From an uncultured Desulfovibrionaceae bacterium (GTDB lineage: Bacteria > Bacillota > Dethiobacteria > DTU022 > UBA8154), in contig CAZQXY010000001.1 of the NCBI GenBank assembly GCA_964597455.1, forward strand, positions 5,034 through 37,503: a stretch of DNA of 32,470 bases, given 5' to 3'. Every line of letters starts with the position of its first letter. Position 1 is the stretch's first letter. The notes below the pieces were generated by a model. It was given only the letters and a program-made list of their open reading frames with translations, ran no database searches and had not been told where the DNA came from. The translations under genes were made by a program, and so were the position numbers. Positions 18,274 through 27,196 of this stretch are shown piece after piece.

Positions 18274-19101
18274 TTAAAGAGGCTGGCATACAGGACAAAA
18301 ATAAGTACCACGGCCGGCAACCACCTTGCGCTGGATCGCGCCGCCGCACTGTAAGCAGTTGGAGCCTTTCCTGCGGTAGACCTTTAACCTTTGCTGGAAT
18401 TCCCCCTTCTGACCCCAGATATCTCTGTAATCGGAGGTACTGGTACCCCTGCAGTCAATTCCTTCCTTTAATGTGCTCAATAAGGATACAAAAAGACGGT
18501 CAATCTCCTCCAACGACAGGCTTTTAACCTTTCTCTCGGGATCTATGCCCGCCCTGAAAAGCGTTTCATCGGTATAGATATTCCCCATACCCGCAATATA
18601 TTTCTGATCCAGCAAGAATGCCTTAATCATTCTTCCCGGGTTTCTTTTGAGCATTTCCGAAAACGAATCCAGTGAAAAATTGTCCAGCAGGGGATCAAGC
18701 CCCTGGAGGTAGGGCTTTGACTTAAAGAGCACCTGTTTCTCATAGACTCGAAAAGTGCCGAATTTGCGGATATCCAGATAATGCAGTTCATCTCCGCCCT
18801 CAAAATAAAAGACAGCCCCTGTATACTTCTCCGGATCGACGGGACTGGAATAATAATGCAGGCGGCCGGTCATGCGCAGGTGAACCTCTAAAATTTTATC
18901 ATTGCTTAAAAAAAAGAGTATATACTTACCCCTTCTCTTAATATCACGGATTACTTCCCCCCGGATTTCTCCGTCAAATGCTTCAGGGCTTATATCCTGA
19001 AGCATTTTGTAATAGGTAAAGAAAACACCGATAATTTTTTTCCCTCTGACGTATTCTTTTAAATCCCTGACTATGCATTCAACTTCCGGCAGTTCCGGCA
19101 C
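18274..19101 (-). CDS. mutM: Formamidopyrimidine-DNA glycosylase
   Basis: MPELPEVE catalytic N-terminus (GTG start), H2TH region, and a C-terminal zinc finger CLQCG...CPVCQ. Confidence 0.95.
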   Translation of the reverse strand: MPELPEVECIVRDLKEYVRGKKIIGVFFTYYKMLQDISPEAFDGEIRGEVIRDIKRRGKYILFFLSNDKILEVHLRMTGRLHYYSSPVDPEKYTGAVFYFEGGDELHYLDIRKFGTFRVYEKQVLFKSKPYLQGLDPLLDNFSLDSFSEMLKRNPGRMIKAFLLDQKYIAGMGNIYTDETLFRAGIDPERKVKSLSLEEIDRLFVSLLSTLKEGIDCRGTSTSDYRDIWGQKGEFQQRLKVYRRKGSNCLQCGGAIQRKVVAGRGTYFCPVCQPL

Positions 19102-19107
19102 TGTTAA

Positions 19108-21996
19108 CTAGCCTCCTGAAACAGGTTCTAAATGATACCAGTCACATCCAACCCTCAAATCCACCTTCAGCGGCACAGAAAGAGGCAAAACACTCTCCAT
19201 CAAGCTTTTCACCTTTACTGAAACCTCATCCAATTCGTGGCGCGGGATATCGAAAATCAATTCGTCATGAACCTGAAGCAGCATTGCCGCCTGAAAACCT
19301 CTTTCCTCCAGAAAGCAATCGATCGAGATCATCGCAGCCTTAATAATATCCGCCGCAGAACCCTGTATGGGGGTGTTGCGGGCCATGCGCTCAGCAAAAC
19401 TCCTGCGTGCATAATTCCGGTGATTAATATCCTTCAGATAACGCCTTCTGTTCATTACTGTAGTAACGTATCCCTTTTCCCTGGCCTCATGAATACATTC
19501 CTCGGCATAGTTTTTAACACCGGGATAACGTTCAAAGTAGCTCTTTATATATTTTCCCGCTTCAGCCCTGGAAATATGAAGGCCCTGGGAGAGACCGTAG
19601 TCGCTAATACCGTAAATAATCCCAAAGTTTACTGCCTTTGCACTGCTGCGCATTTTGGAAGTAACCTCTGCAAGGGATACATTGAACACCTCTGCGGCGG
19701 TTCTGGTATGGATATCCTGGTCCTTTCGAAAGGCATCAAGTAAACCGGTATCCTGAGAGAGATGGGCCATAATACGCAGTTCAATCTGCGAATAATCAGC
19801 TGCTAGCAGTAAGTTGTCGGCATGAGAAGGGGTAAAGGCGTTGCGCAAGCGCCTCCCCTCCTCGAGGCGAACAGGAATGTTCTGTAAATTAGGATCCTTA
19901 CTGCTCAACCTGCCGGTTGCCGTAACGGTCTGGTTGAATGTAGTATGGATTTTCCCCGCGGGGCTGATCAGGGGCTTTAACCCCTCCAGGTAAGTGGTCT
20001 TTAATTTGGATAACATACGGTACTCCAATATTTTTTCAACCACAGGATGATAAACGGAAAGCTCCTGCAAAACTCGGGCATCAGTTGAATAACCTGTTTT
20101 AATGCGGCGAATCACGGGCAGTTTCAAATGCTCGAAAAGAACGTTGCTCAATTGCCTCGGGGAATTTAGATTAAACTCCATCCCGGCCAGTTCCATAATC
20201 TCTTTTTCAAGTTCAGCCATACTCTTTTCCATCCCGCAAGCCAGCTCTTCCAGCACGTCCTTCCTTACGTCAATTCCCCTTAACTCCATTTTTGCCAGGA
20301 CGCGAACCAGCGGAAGCTCCAGTTTAAAGTAAAGCCCTTTTAACTTCCTGGCTTCCAACCCCGCTAAAAGGGTCTCCTGCAGGTCAATAAGTTTAAGGGT
20401 ACAGAGAGCTAAAAAATGAAGCCTTTCTTTTCTTGCCTGCTCTTCCCCCACACCTTTTTCCGGCTCGGGCAGCGAAAGCCCCTCATATTCTTCATACAGA
20501 AGGGAAAGAGGATAAGCAGGCCGCTCGGGTTCAAGCAGATAAGAGGCCAGCAAGGTATCGAAAAGAGCACACTTAAGATTAATACCATTTCCCATAAGGT
20601 ATTTCAGCAGCAGTTTTAAATCGTGAACCAACAGAAGCTGTTCGGGATTCTCAAAAACCGGCTTCAGTAAACCTAAAACCTCTCCGGAGGGCATCCTTTC
20701 TTGCTCATTCAAGGGGATATAATAGATCTCTTTCCCCTCCGCGGCACAGAACAGGCCCGGAAAAGAATCGTTTTCTCGTGGAGATAGAGTATCTGGAAGA
20801 AAAGTTACCGTATGGACTTCTTTCAATTTCTTGATCAACTGTTGTAAATCCCCCATATCTTTGACCTGCAGCAAGCTATAGCCTTTGTCTCCGGGCTTTT
20901 CCTTTACATCTGCTGCTACATCTGCATCTGCATCTGCAGCCTGGCGATCATCTGCATTATCCGGCCTTTCCGGCCTGCCGGACTGCTGTTTTTCCCCTGA
21001 GTGCTTAACAAAATCGCCATTTCCATTTTCAACCCAGAGAGCAGCCTGTTGAAAACAGCCCGCTCCATCATCATTAGCCTCTGCTTTAGCCGCGGATCCG
21101 CCTTTTAGCTTTGCCAGCTCCGGTATTTTGTCAATAATATTATTGAATTCCAGTGCACGGAATATCTTGTACAGATTTTGCCAGTCGGGTGTTTGTAAGC
21201 GGCAGGCTTCAATTCCCAGGTCCAGCGGAACATCTTTTTGGATCGTTACCAGATCCTTGCTGACTAAGGCCTGCCGGGTATAAGCGGAAAGACTTTTGCC
21301 GACTTTTCCAGGAATATCGTTAACATGTCTGAGCACTTCATCCAGCGACCCGTATTCCTTTAACAACTGCATAGCCCTTTTTTCGCCAATCCCGGGGACC
21401 CCGGGAATATTATCCGAGCTATCCCCTTTTAAGGCCTTAAAATCTATCCATTGCCCGGGAGTAAGGCCGTATTTTTCCTGCAGACTCTCTATACTAAAAA
21501 TCTCCAGTTGGCTGATGCCCTTCCTTGTAATTAACACCTTCACCTTTGGGGAAAGCAGCTGGTAGGCATCCGCATCAGCGGTTACAATAAAGGTATCCAG
21601 GCCGGCCTCTTCCCCTTTTACGGCAAACGTCCCGATAAGATCATCAGCCTCATATCCCTCAAGCTCAATAAAGCTGATCTTAAAAGCCTGGAGTATCTCC
21701 TTGACCAGCGGCATCTGCTCCGTCATTTCCCCGGGAGTTTTCTCCCTTGTAGCCTTATACTGGCTGTAAGCCTGATGGCGGAAGGTAGGGGCGGGATAAT
21801 CAAAAGTTACTATAAGGTAATCAGGTGATTCGTCTTGCAGCATCCGCAGGAGCATTCTCGTAAAACCGAGAACTACATTTGTATGCAGGCCCTTTTTTGT
21901 CTGCAATTCAAGGGGCAGGGCAAAAAAAGCCCTGTAAGCGAGGCTATGGCCGTCCAAAATCAAAAATTTGCCCCTGGTTTTTTCTTTTTCTCCCAT
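19108..21996 (-). CDS. polA: DNA polymerase I
   Basis: 962 aa. 5'-nuclease domain, vestigial 3'-5' exo region, and pol motifs A (DYSQIELRI), B (RSSAKAVNFGIIYG) and C (QVHDEL). Confidence 0.97.
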   Translation of the reverse strand: MGEKEKTRGKFLILDGHSLAYRAFFALPLELQTKKGLHTNVVLGFTRMLLRMLQDESPDYLIVTFDYPAPTFRHQAYSQYKATREKTPGEMTEQMPLVKEILQAFKISFIELEGYEADDLIGTFAVKGEEAGLDTFIVTADADAYQLLSPKVKVLITRKGISQLEIFSIESLQEKYGLTPGQWIDFKALKGDSSDNIPGVPGIGEKRAMQLLKEYGSLDEVLRHVNDIPGKVGKSLSAYTRQALVSKDLVTIQKDVPLDLGIEACRLQTPDWQNLYKIFRALEFNNIIDKIPELAKLKGGSAAKAEANDDGAGCFQQAALWVENGNGDFVKHSGEKQQSGRPERPDNADDRQAADADADVAADVKEKPGDKGYSLLQVKDMGDLQQLIKKLKEVHTVTFLPDTLSPRENDSFPGLFCAAEGKEIYYIPLNEQERMPSGEVLGLLKPVFENPEQLLLVHDLKLLLKYLMGNGINLKCALFDTLLASYLLEPERPAYPLSLLYEEYEGLSLPEPEKGVGEEQARKERLHFLALCTLKLIDLQETLLAGLEARKLKGLYFKLELPLVRVLAKMELRGIDVRKDVLEELACGMEKSMAELEKEIMELAGMEFNLNSPRQLSNVLFEHLKLPVIRRIKTGYSTDARVLQELSVYHPVVEKILEYRMLSKLKTTYLEGLKPLISPAGKIHTTFNQTVTATGRLSSKDPNLQNIPVRLEEGRRLRNAFTPSHADNLLLAADYSQIELRIMAHLSQDTGLLDAFRKDQDIHTRTAAEVFNVSLAEVTSKMRSSAKAVNFGIIYGISDYGLSQGLHISRAEAGKYIKSYFERYPGVKNYAEECIHEAREKGYVTTVMNRRRYLKDINHRNYARRSFAERMARNTPIQGSAADIIKAAMISIDCFLEERGFQAAMLLQVHDELIFDIPRHELDEVSVKVKSLMESVLPLSVPLKVDLRVGCDWYHLEPVSGG
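20919..20936. repeat. (CATCTG)x3 hexanucleotide tandem repeat inside polA (encodes ADADAD)
   Basis: Read directly. Further degenerate CATCTGC copies flank it. Confidence 0.8.
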
Positions 21997-22005
21997 CCCG
22001 GAACC

Positions 22006-22476
22006 TCACATTTCGAAACCTTTGATAAGGTTTACCATCTCAATCGCTCCAAGAGCTGCATCCCAGCCCTTATTGCCTGCTTTTGAACCGGCCCGGTCAA
22101 TTGCCTGTTCCAGTGTATCGCTTGTTATTATACCGAACATAACCGGTATTTCGGTTTCCAATCCCACCAGCGCGATTCCTTTGGACACTTCGGCTGCAAC
22201 ATATTCAAAATGGGGGGTACTGCCCCTTATTACCGCTCCAAGGCAGATAACAGCATCATAACGTTTGCTCACGGCCATTTTCTTTGCTATAAGCGGAATT
22301 TCAAAGGCACCGGGAACCCACAATATTTCAATATCCTCATCCTTAGCATCATGCCTCTTTAAAGCGTCCAATGCACCGGTAAGAAGTTTTCCGGATATAA
22401 ATTCGTTAAAGCGGCTCACAACCAAACCAAATCGGAAACCTTTAGCATTAAGATGACCTTCTAATTGTCTAACCAT
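22006..22476 (-). CDS. ribH: 6,7-dimethyl-8-ribityllumazine synthase
   Basis: 156 aa. [11 protein letters not shown] and VPGAFEIP motifs. Confidence 0.96.
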   Translation of the reverse strand: MVRQLEGHLNAKGFRFGLVVSRFNEFISGKLLTGALDALKRHDAKDEDIEILWVPGAFEIPLIAKKMAVSKRYDAVICLGAVIRGSTPHFEYVAAEVSKGIALVGLETEIPVMFGIITSDTLEQAIDRAGSKAGNKGWDAALGAIEMVNLIKGFEM

Positions 22477-22490
22477 TTTTACACCACCTT

Positions 22491-23711
22491 TTAGCTCTGT
22501 TCACCAGCCTCGGCATTTAAAAAATGCCCCATTTTATCCCTTTTAGTTTGTAAATAAAAGCTGTTATACTTCCCTGGGGGCACCTCTATCGATACCCTTT
22601 CTACAATCGTTAGCCCGTAACCTTCCAACCCTTTAATTTTTCTTGGATTATTTGTAAGAAGACGCATCTTGCCAACACCCAGGTCAACAAGTATCTGTGC
22701 GCCAACGCCATAGTCCCGCAGATCAGGAGGAAATCCAAGTTCCTCATTCGCCTCCACGGTATCCCTGCCGTAATCCTGAAGCTGATAAGCTTTTATTTTG
22801 TTCACCAGCCCAATACCGCGCCCTTCCTGGCGCATATAGACCAGCACACCACAGCCCTCTTCGCCGATCTGCTTCATGGCTTGAGAAAGCTGCCTGCCGC
22901 AATCACAGCGCAGGGAACCAAGGACATCGCCGGTAAAACACTCTGAATGAACTCTTACCAGCACAGGTTTATCCCTGGCAATCTCCCCCTTAACAAGGGC
23001 TATATGGGTTTTCTGATCAACTGAGTTATCATAAGCAATCAGCCTAAAATCAGCAAAAGCAGTCGGGAGGATAGTTTCCGCCGCCTTCCAGACCAGCTTT
23101 TCTTTTTTCATGCGGTATTGAATTAAATCGGCTATGGTAATAATCGACATTTTGTGTTCATGCGCATACTCCATCAATTGCGGAACACGCGCCATTGTAC
23201 CGTCTTCATTCACAATCTCACAGATAACGCCCGCCGGATAAAGACCTGCCAGCCTTGCCAAATCAAGCGCTGCTTCAGTATGCCCTGTCCTGCGCAACAC
23301 CCCGCCCTCTTTAGCCCGCAGAGGGAAAATATGGCCCGGACGGGTAAAATCAAAGGGAACAGCCTCCGGAGCGATTAATTTTTTTACTGTTAAAGCCCTT
23401 TCGAAGGCTGAGATGCCGGTAGTTGTATTCCTGGCATCAACCGATACGGTAAAGGCAGTATCGTGGCTGTCGGTATTATGAGTAACCATGGGCGGAAGAT
23501 CTATTTCCTCAATGCGCTGTGCTGTAAGAGGTACACATACTAACCCGCGTCCATAGCGGATCATAAAATTGATTGCTTCCGGTGTAACCATTTCAGCCGC
23601 CATCACCAGATCTCCTTCATTTTCCCTGTCCTCATCGTCTACCACGATCACCATTTTACCCTGTTTAATATCTTCAATAGCTTCTTCGACAGTATTAAAT
23701 TTTATTTCCAA
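22491..23711 (-). CDS. ribBA: Bifunctional DHBP synthase / GTP cyclohydrolase II
   Basis: [11 protein letters not shown] (RibB half) and [21 protein letters not shown] (RibA half). Probable TTG start at 23711, 9 nt after GAGGAGG. The track start 23729 lies within the SD. Confidence 0.95.
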   Translation of the reverse strand: MEIKFNTVEEAIEDIKQGKMVIVVDDEDRENEGDLVMAAEMVTPEAINFMIRYGRGLVCVPLTAQRIEEIDLPPMVTHNTDSHDTAFTVSVDARNTTTGISAFERALTVKKLIAPEAVPFDFTRPGHIFPLRAKEGGVLRRTGHTEAALDLARLAGLYPAGVICEIVNEDGTMARVPQLMEYAHEHKMSIITIADLIQYRMKKEKLVWKAAETILPTAFADFRLIAYDNSVDQKTHIALVKGEIARDKPVLVRVHSECFTGDVLGSLRCDCGRQLSQAMKQIGEEGCGVLVYMRQEGRGIGLVNKIKAYQLQDYGRDTVEANEELGFPPDLRDYGVGAQILVDLGVGKMRLLTNNPRKIKGLEGYGLTIVERVSIEVPPGKYNSFYLQTKRDKMGHFLNAEAGEQS

Positions 23712-23733
23712 CAGTCCCAACCTCCTCAAGCTA

Positions 23734-24411
23734 TTACAGGAAGCCTTTTTTTACTAACAGGCTTAATGTAACGCCCTCTGTTTCTTTTTCTGCAAAACCA
23801 TCCCCGGCAATGGGGTTTGCAGCGGGGTTTAATAAGATCTTTTCAACATATTTCCCGAGAATATCTGCTTCCAGGTTAACCTTAGCACCGCTTTTTTTAT
23901 AACCCAGAGTCGTATGCTTCGCCGTATGAGGAATAAGCGATACGCTAAAGGAATTCTGATCCACATCTACAACCGTCAAGCTAACACCATCCACCGCAAC
24001 AGATCCCTTCTCTACCAGGTAACGAATTATCGGGTTCCCGGCGCTGATACGCTTAATCTGTGCATTGCCCTCTCTTTTTTCCCCGATAATTGTTCCGGTT
24101 CCATCTATGTGCCCGCTTACAAAATGCCCTCCCAGACGTCCTCCAACCGGTAAGGCCCTTTCTAGATTAACCTTCTCACCTGTCTTTAGTTCATATAAAT
24201 TTGTTTTACGCAGGGTTTCGGGCATAACATCCGCATAAAAAGCTGTAGTCGAAATTTGGGCTACCGTAAGGCAAACACCGTTTACCGCAATACTATCTCC
24301 CTCTTGAAGATCATCCAGAACGTTTTTCCCTTTTATGATTAGCGCAATACTATCTTTATAATGTTGCCGACCCAATATTTCTCCCAGCTCTTCCACTATC
24401 CCTGTGAACAT
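23734..24411 (-). CDS. ribE: Riboflavin synthase (alpha chain)
   Basis: [13 protein letters not shown]-terminus, duplicated lumazine-binding repeats, GAGGAGGG SD. Confidence 0.95.
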   Translation of the reverse strand: MFTGIVEELGEILGRQHYKDSIALIIKGKNVLDDLQEGDSIAVNGVCLTVAQISTTAFYADVMPETLRKTNLYELKTGEKVNLERALPVGGRLGGHFVSGHIDGTGTIIGEKREGNAQIKRISAGNPIIRYLVEKGSVAVDGVSLTVVDVDQNSFSVSLIPHTAKHTTLGYKKSGAKVNLEADILGKYVEKILLNPAANPIAGDGFAEKETEGVTLSLLVKKGFL

Positions 24412-25528
24412 TCTTTTCCCTCCTCGCAGGGTAACCGATTATCAAAAGATCCTTATCCAGCTGCTTTATTTCCATGCCATTGACTACCCAGGAATCATCA
24501 ATCTCGTGAACACCGGCACCCCCCAGCGGAGTCGGAGCGGCAACTCCCCCTAAAAGCAAAGGAGCCACAAAGAAGTAGACTTTATCTATAAGGTTCTCTT
24601 GAAGCAGGGAGTAATTCAAAGTTCCGCCCCCTTCAACCAGAAGGCTGCTGATTTCTTTCCTCCCCAGAGAAAGCATTAATTCATGCAGATCAACCTGACC
24701 GGCACGGGAGGGTATAATAAAAACTTCAATGCCGTAAGAACGCAAAGCTTCAAGCTTATCGCGGGGAGCAAGCTCTGTAGTAGCGAGGATCGTTTTGATC
24801 TGAAAAGCGGTTTGGACAATTTTTGAATCTAAAGGAAGCCTTCCTTTGCTGTCGACAATAATTCGAACAGGGTTATGGCCGCCGCCATCATCCAATCGTA
24901 CTGTAAGAAGCGGATCATCCTTTAATACCGTATCTATCCCAACCATGATACCGTCCGATATTGAACGGATCCGGTGTACCAGCTTACGAGACTTTTCGCC
25001 GCTTATCCAGCGCGATTTTCCCGTAACCGTAGCTATTTTGCCATCCATCGTCATCGCCGTTTTTACAATTACAAAGGGCATTTTTGTGGTAATATATTTA
25101 AAAAAAACTTCATTGAGGCGCTTTGCTTTTTCTTTCAGGACACCTGTTTTTATTTTTACACCGGCCTCCTGAAGCCTGCGAATTCCATTCCCGGCAATAA
25201 GCGGATTGGGGTCAATGCACGCTACAACTACTTTACGCACTCCGGCCTTGATAATCGCTTCAACACAGGGTGGTGTCCGGCCAAAATGCGAACAGGGCTC
25301 AAGGTTAACATATAATTTGGAACCCTTGGCCCTTTCACCTGCTTCTTCTAAAGCTAGGACTTCAGCGTGCTTTTCTCCCGCCTTTTCGTGGAAACCCGTA
25401 CCAACAACCTCACCGCCTTTAACCAGTACCGCTCCTACCAGAGGATTAGGATTGGTTTTCCCCCAACCCCGGCGGGCAAGATCGAGAGCCATCCACATAT
25501 ATCGTTCATCCGGTTCCAGTTTCATCAC
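24356..25528 (-). CDS. ribD: Bifunctional riboflavin deaminase/reductase RibD
   Basis: HAEVLAL...PCSHFGRTPPC zinc deaminase motif plus a C-terminal reductase domain. The exact start (GTG 25528 / ATG 25525 / downstream) is uncertain. Confidence 0.95.
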   Translation of the reverse strand: MMKLEPDERYMWMALDLARRGWGKTNPNPLVGAVLVKGGEVVGTGFHEKAGEKHAEVLALEEAGERAKGSKLYVNLEPCSHFGRTPPCVEAIIKAGVRKVVVACIDPNPLIAGNGIRRLQEAGVKIKTGVLKEKAKRLNEVFFKYITTKMPFVIVKTAMTMDGKIATVTGKSRWISGEKSRKLVHRIRSISDGIMVGIDTVLKDDPLLTVRLDDGGGHNPVRIIVDSKGRLPLDSKIVQTAFQIKTILATTELAPRDKLEALRSYGIEVFIIPSRAGQVDLHELMLSLGRKEISSLLVEGGGTLNYSLLQENLIDKVYFFVAPLLLGGVAAPTPLGGAGVHEIDDSWVVNGMEIKQLDKDLLIIGYPARREKNVHRDSGRAGRNIGSATL

Positions 25529-25555
25529 CTCTTAAAAAGTCTTTAGTATATTATA

Positions 25556-25584
25556 ATTATAACATAAAGAGAATCGTTCTTAAA
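25556..25584 (-). promoter_or_regulatory. Candidate extended -10 promoter for the rib operon
   Basis: On the minus strand, TTTAAG (25584..25579), a 17-nt spacer ending in TGT, then TATAAT (25561..25556). A second TATAAT follows immediately (25555..25550). Confidence 0.3.
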
Positions 25585-25599
25585 CTTTCTTTCTCCTTC

Positions 25600-26268
25600 T
25601 TAAACTCTCTTTTTCTTCACTGGGAACATCTTAAAAGCATTGATCAGTTTTGAAGGATTGGAAGCACCAAAAAGGGCAGATCCGGCAACCAGAATATCCG
25701 CTCCGGCACTTAGTACCTGGAATGCCGTATTTTCATTAATACCGCCATCAACCTCAATTTCCAGAGAAAGCCCGCGTTTGGCCTTTTCTTCGGCGAGCGC
25801 ACTGATTTTTGGCAATACTCCAGGGATAAACTCCTGCCCGCCAAAACCGGGGTTGACGGACATAATTAGAACAAGATCGAGTTCTTCCAGAATATAATCC
25901 AAACAGTTAAGAGGCGTTGCGGGGTTTACCGCCACACCCGCCTTACAGCCTAATTTTTTAATTTCCTGGACGACTCTGTGCAGATGGGTACAGGCTTCAG
26001 CGTGCACAGTGAGCATTTCGGCACCGGCCTGGAAAAAATCTGCTAAAAATAACTGCGGGTTCGAAACCATCAGATGAACATCGAAAAAAAGATCCACCCG
26101 GCCTTTCAGTGCCCCAACCACTAGCGGACCCATGGTAATATTGGGGACAAAATGACCGTCCATTATATCCAGATGAAGCCAGTCGGCTCCTGACTGCTCC
26201 ATACGTTGTACTTCCTCCAGCAGGCATGAAAAATCTGCCGAAAGAACTGAAGGCGCAACCCTAACCAT
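25600..26268 (-). CDS. rpe: Ribulose-phosphate 3-epimerase
   Basis: 222 aa. SVLSADF, HLDIMDGHFVPN and VNPGFGGQ motifs. Confidence 0.96.
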   Translation of the reverse strand: MVRVAPSVLSADFSCLLEEVQRMEQSGADWLHLDIMDGHFVPNITMGPLVVGALKGRVDLFFDVHLMVSNPQLFLADFFQAGAEMLTVHAEACTHLHRVVQEIKKLGCKAGVAVNPATPLNCLDYILEELDLVLIMSVNPGFGGQEFIPGVLPKISALAEEKAKRGLSLEIEVDGGINENTAFQVLSAGADILVAGSALFGASNPSKLINAFKMFPVKKKRV

Positions 26269-26287
26269 AACTGGTAGTCTCCTTGTA

Positions 26288-27151
26288 CTAAAATTTTTTT
26301 TCCGCTTGCTGAATCTCTTGTAGAAACATAAGGTAATGGTTATATCTCCAGGGCGCTATCTTTCCCCTTTGAACCGCTTCCTTAACCCTGCAATCCGGCT
26401 CCGCCCTATGCATACAACCTGTGAAACGGCATGAGCCGGCAAACGATATTATCTCCGGAAAACAAGAAGAAAGCTCCCTTGAAGAAAAACCCTTCAGGTC
26501 CAGTTTTTGAAAACCCGGGGTATCAACTATAAAAGTAGCTTTCTCGATCATCAGCAACTCTACATGACGCGTCGTATGGCGCCCTCTTTCAGTTTTTAAA
26601 CTTACAGGGGCGGACTTTAACTGCAATCCCGGCTTTATTCTATTGATTAAAGTGGATTTTCCCACACCTGAGGGCCCGGCAAAGACATTTACTTTGTTCT
26701 TTAGAAATGTTTCCAGCTGATGTACACCCTGGCCTGTTACCGCGCTGGTATAAAAAATCCTGTACCCGCAGTTTTCGTAAGTTTCCCTGATTTCCTCGGC
26801 CCTCTCTTTTTGTAGATCATTAATTAAATCCATTTTGTTCAGGCACAGAATTACATCGATCTTTAATGATTCTACCGAAATAAGAAGGCGATCGAGAAGA
26901 ACCAGGTCAATGGGTGGTTTACTTACCGACATTAAAATAACAACCTGATCTATATTGGCAACCGGAGGCCTGATAATACTGTTTTTTCTGGGATATACTT
27001 TTTCAATTACTCCGTCAGAGACATTTACCTCAACCAGATCCCCGGCCAGCAAGTTGATTCCGGATTCTTTTATTTTCATCCTGGCACGGCAGCGTAAAAC
27101 AGCCCCGCACGTATCCCCCACAAAGTAAAACCCACCCTTTGCTTTTACCAA
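26288..27151 (-). CDS. rsgA: Ribosome small-subunit-dependent GTPase A
   Basis: OB fold, circularly permuted GTPase (NKMDL ... GPSGVGKSTLIN) and a zinc knuckle CRFTGCMHRAEPDC. The true start is probably upstream at a CTG (see findings). Confidence 0.93.
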   Translation of the reverse strand: MVKAKGGFYFVGDTCGAVLRCRARMKIKESGINLLAGDLVEVNVSDGVIEKVYPRKNSIIRPPVANIDQVVILMSVSKPPIDLVLLDRLLISVESLKIDVILCLNKMDLINDLQKERAEEIRETYENCGYRIFYTSAVTGQGVHQLETFLKNKVNVFAGPSGVGKSTLINRIKPGLQLKSAPVSLKTERGRHTTRHVELLMIEKATFIVDTPGFQKLDLKGFSSRELSSCFPEIISFAGSCRFTGCMHRAEPDCRVKEAVQRGKIAPWRYNHYLMFLQEIQQAEKKF

Positions 27152-27196
27152 ACGTCCCTGCAGCAGTACCCCCCCTTATGATAAAGTTCATGATTT

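Noticed and set aside
25529-25599. I looked for an FMN (RFN) riboswitch upstream of ribD.
   Set aside because: It is not present. The spacer is only 71 nt and AT-rich, and it lacks the conserved RFN boxes on either strand. The absence is reported as a finding.
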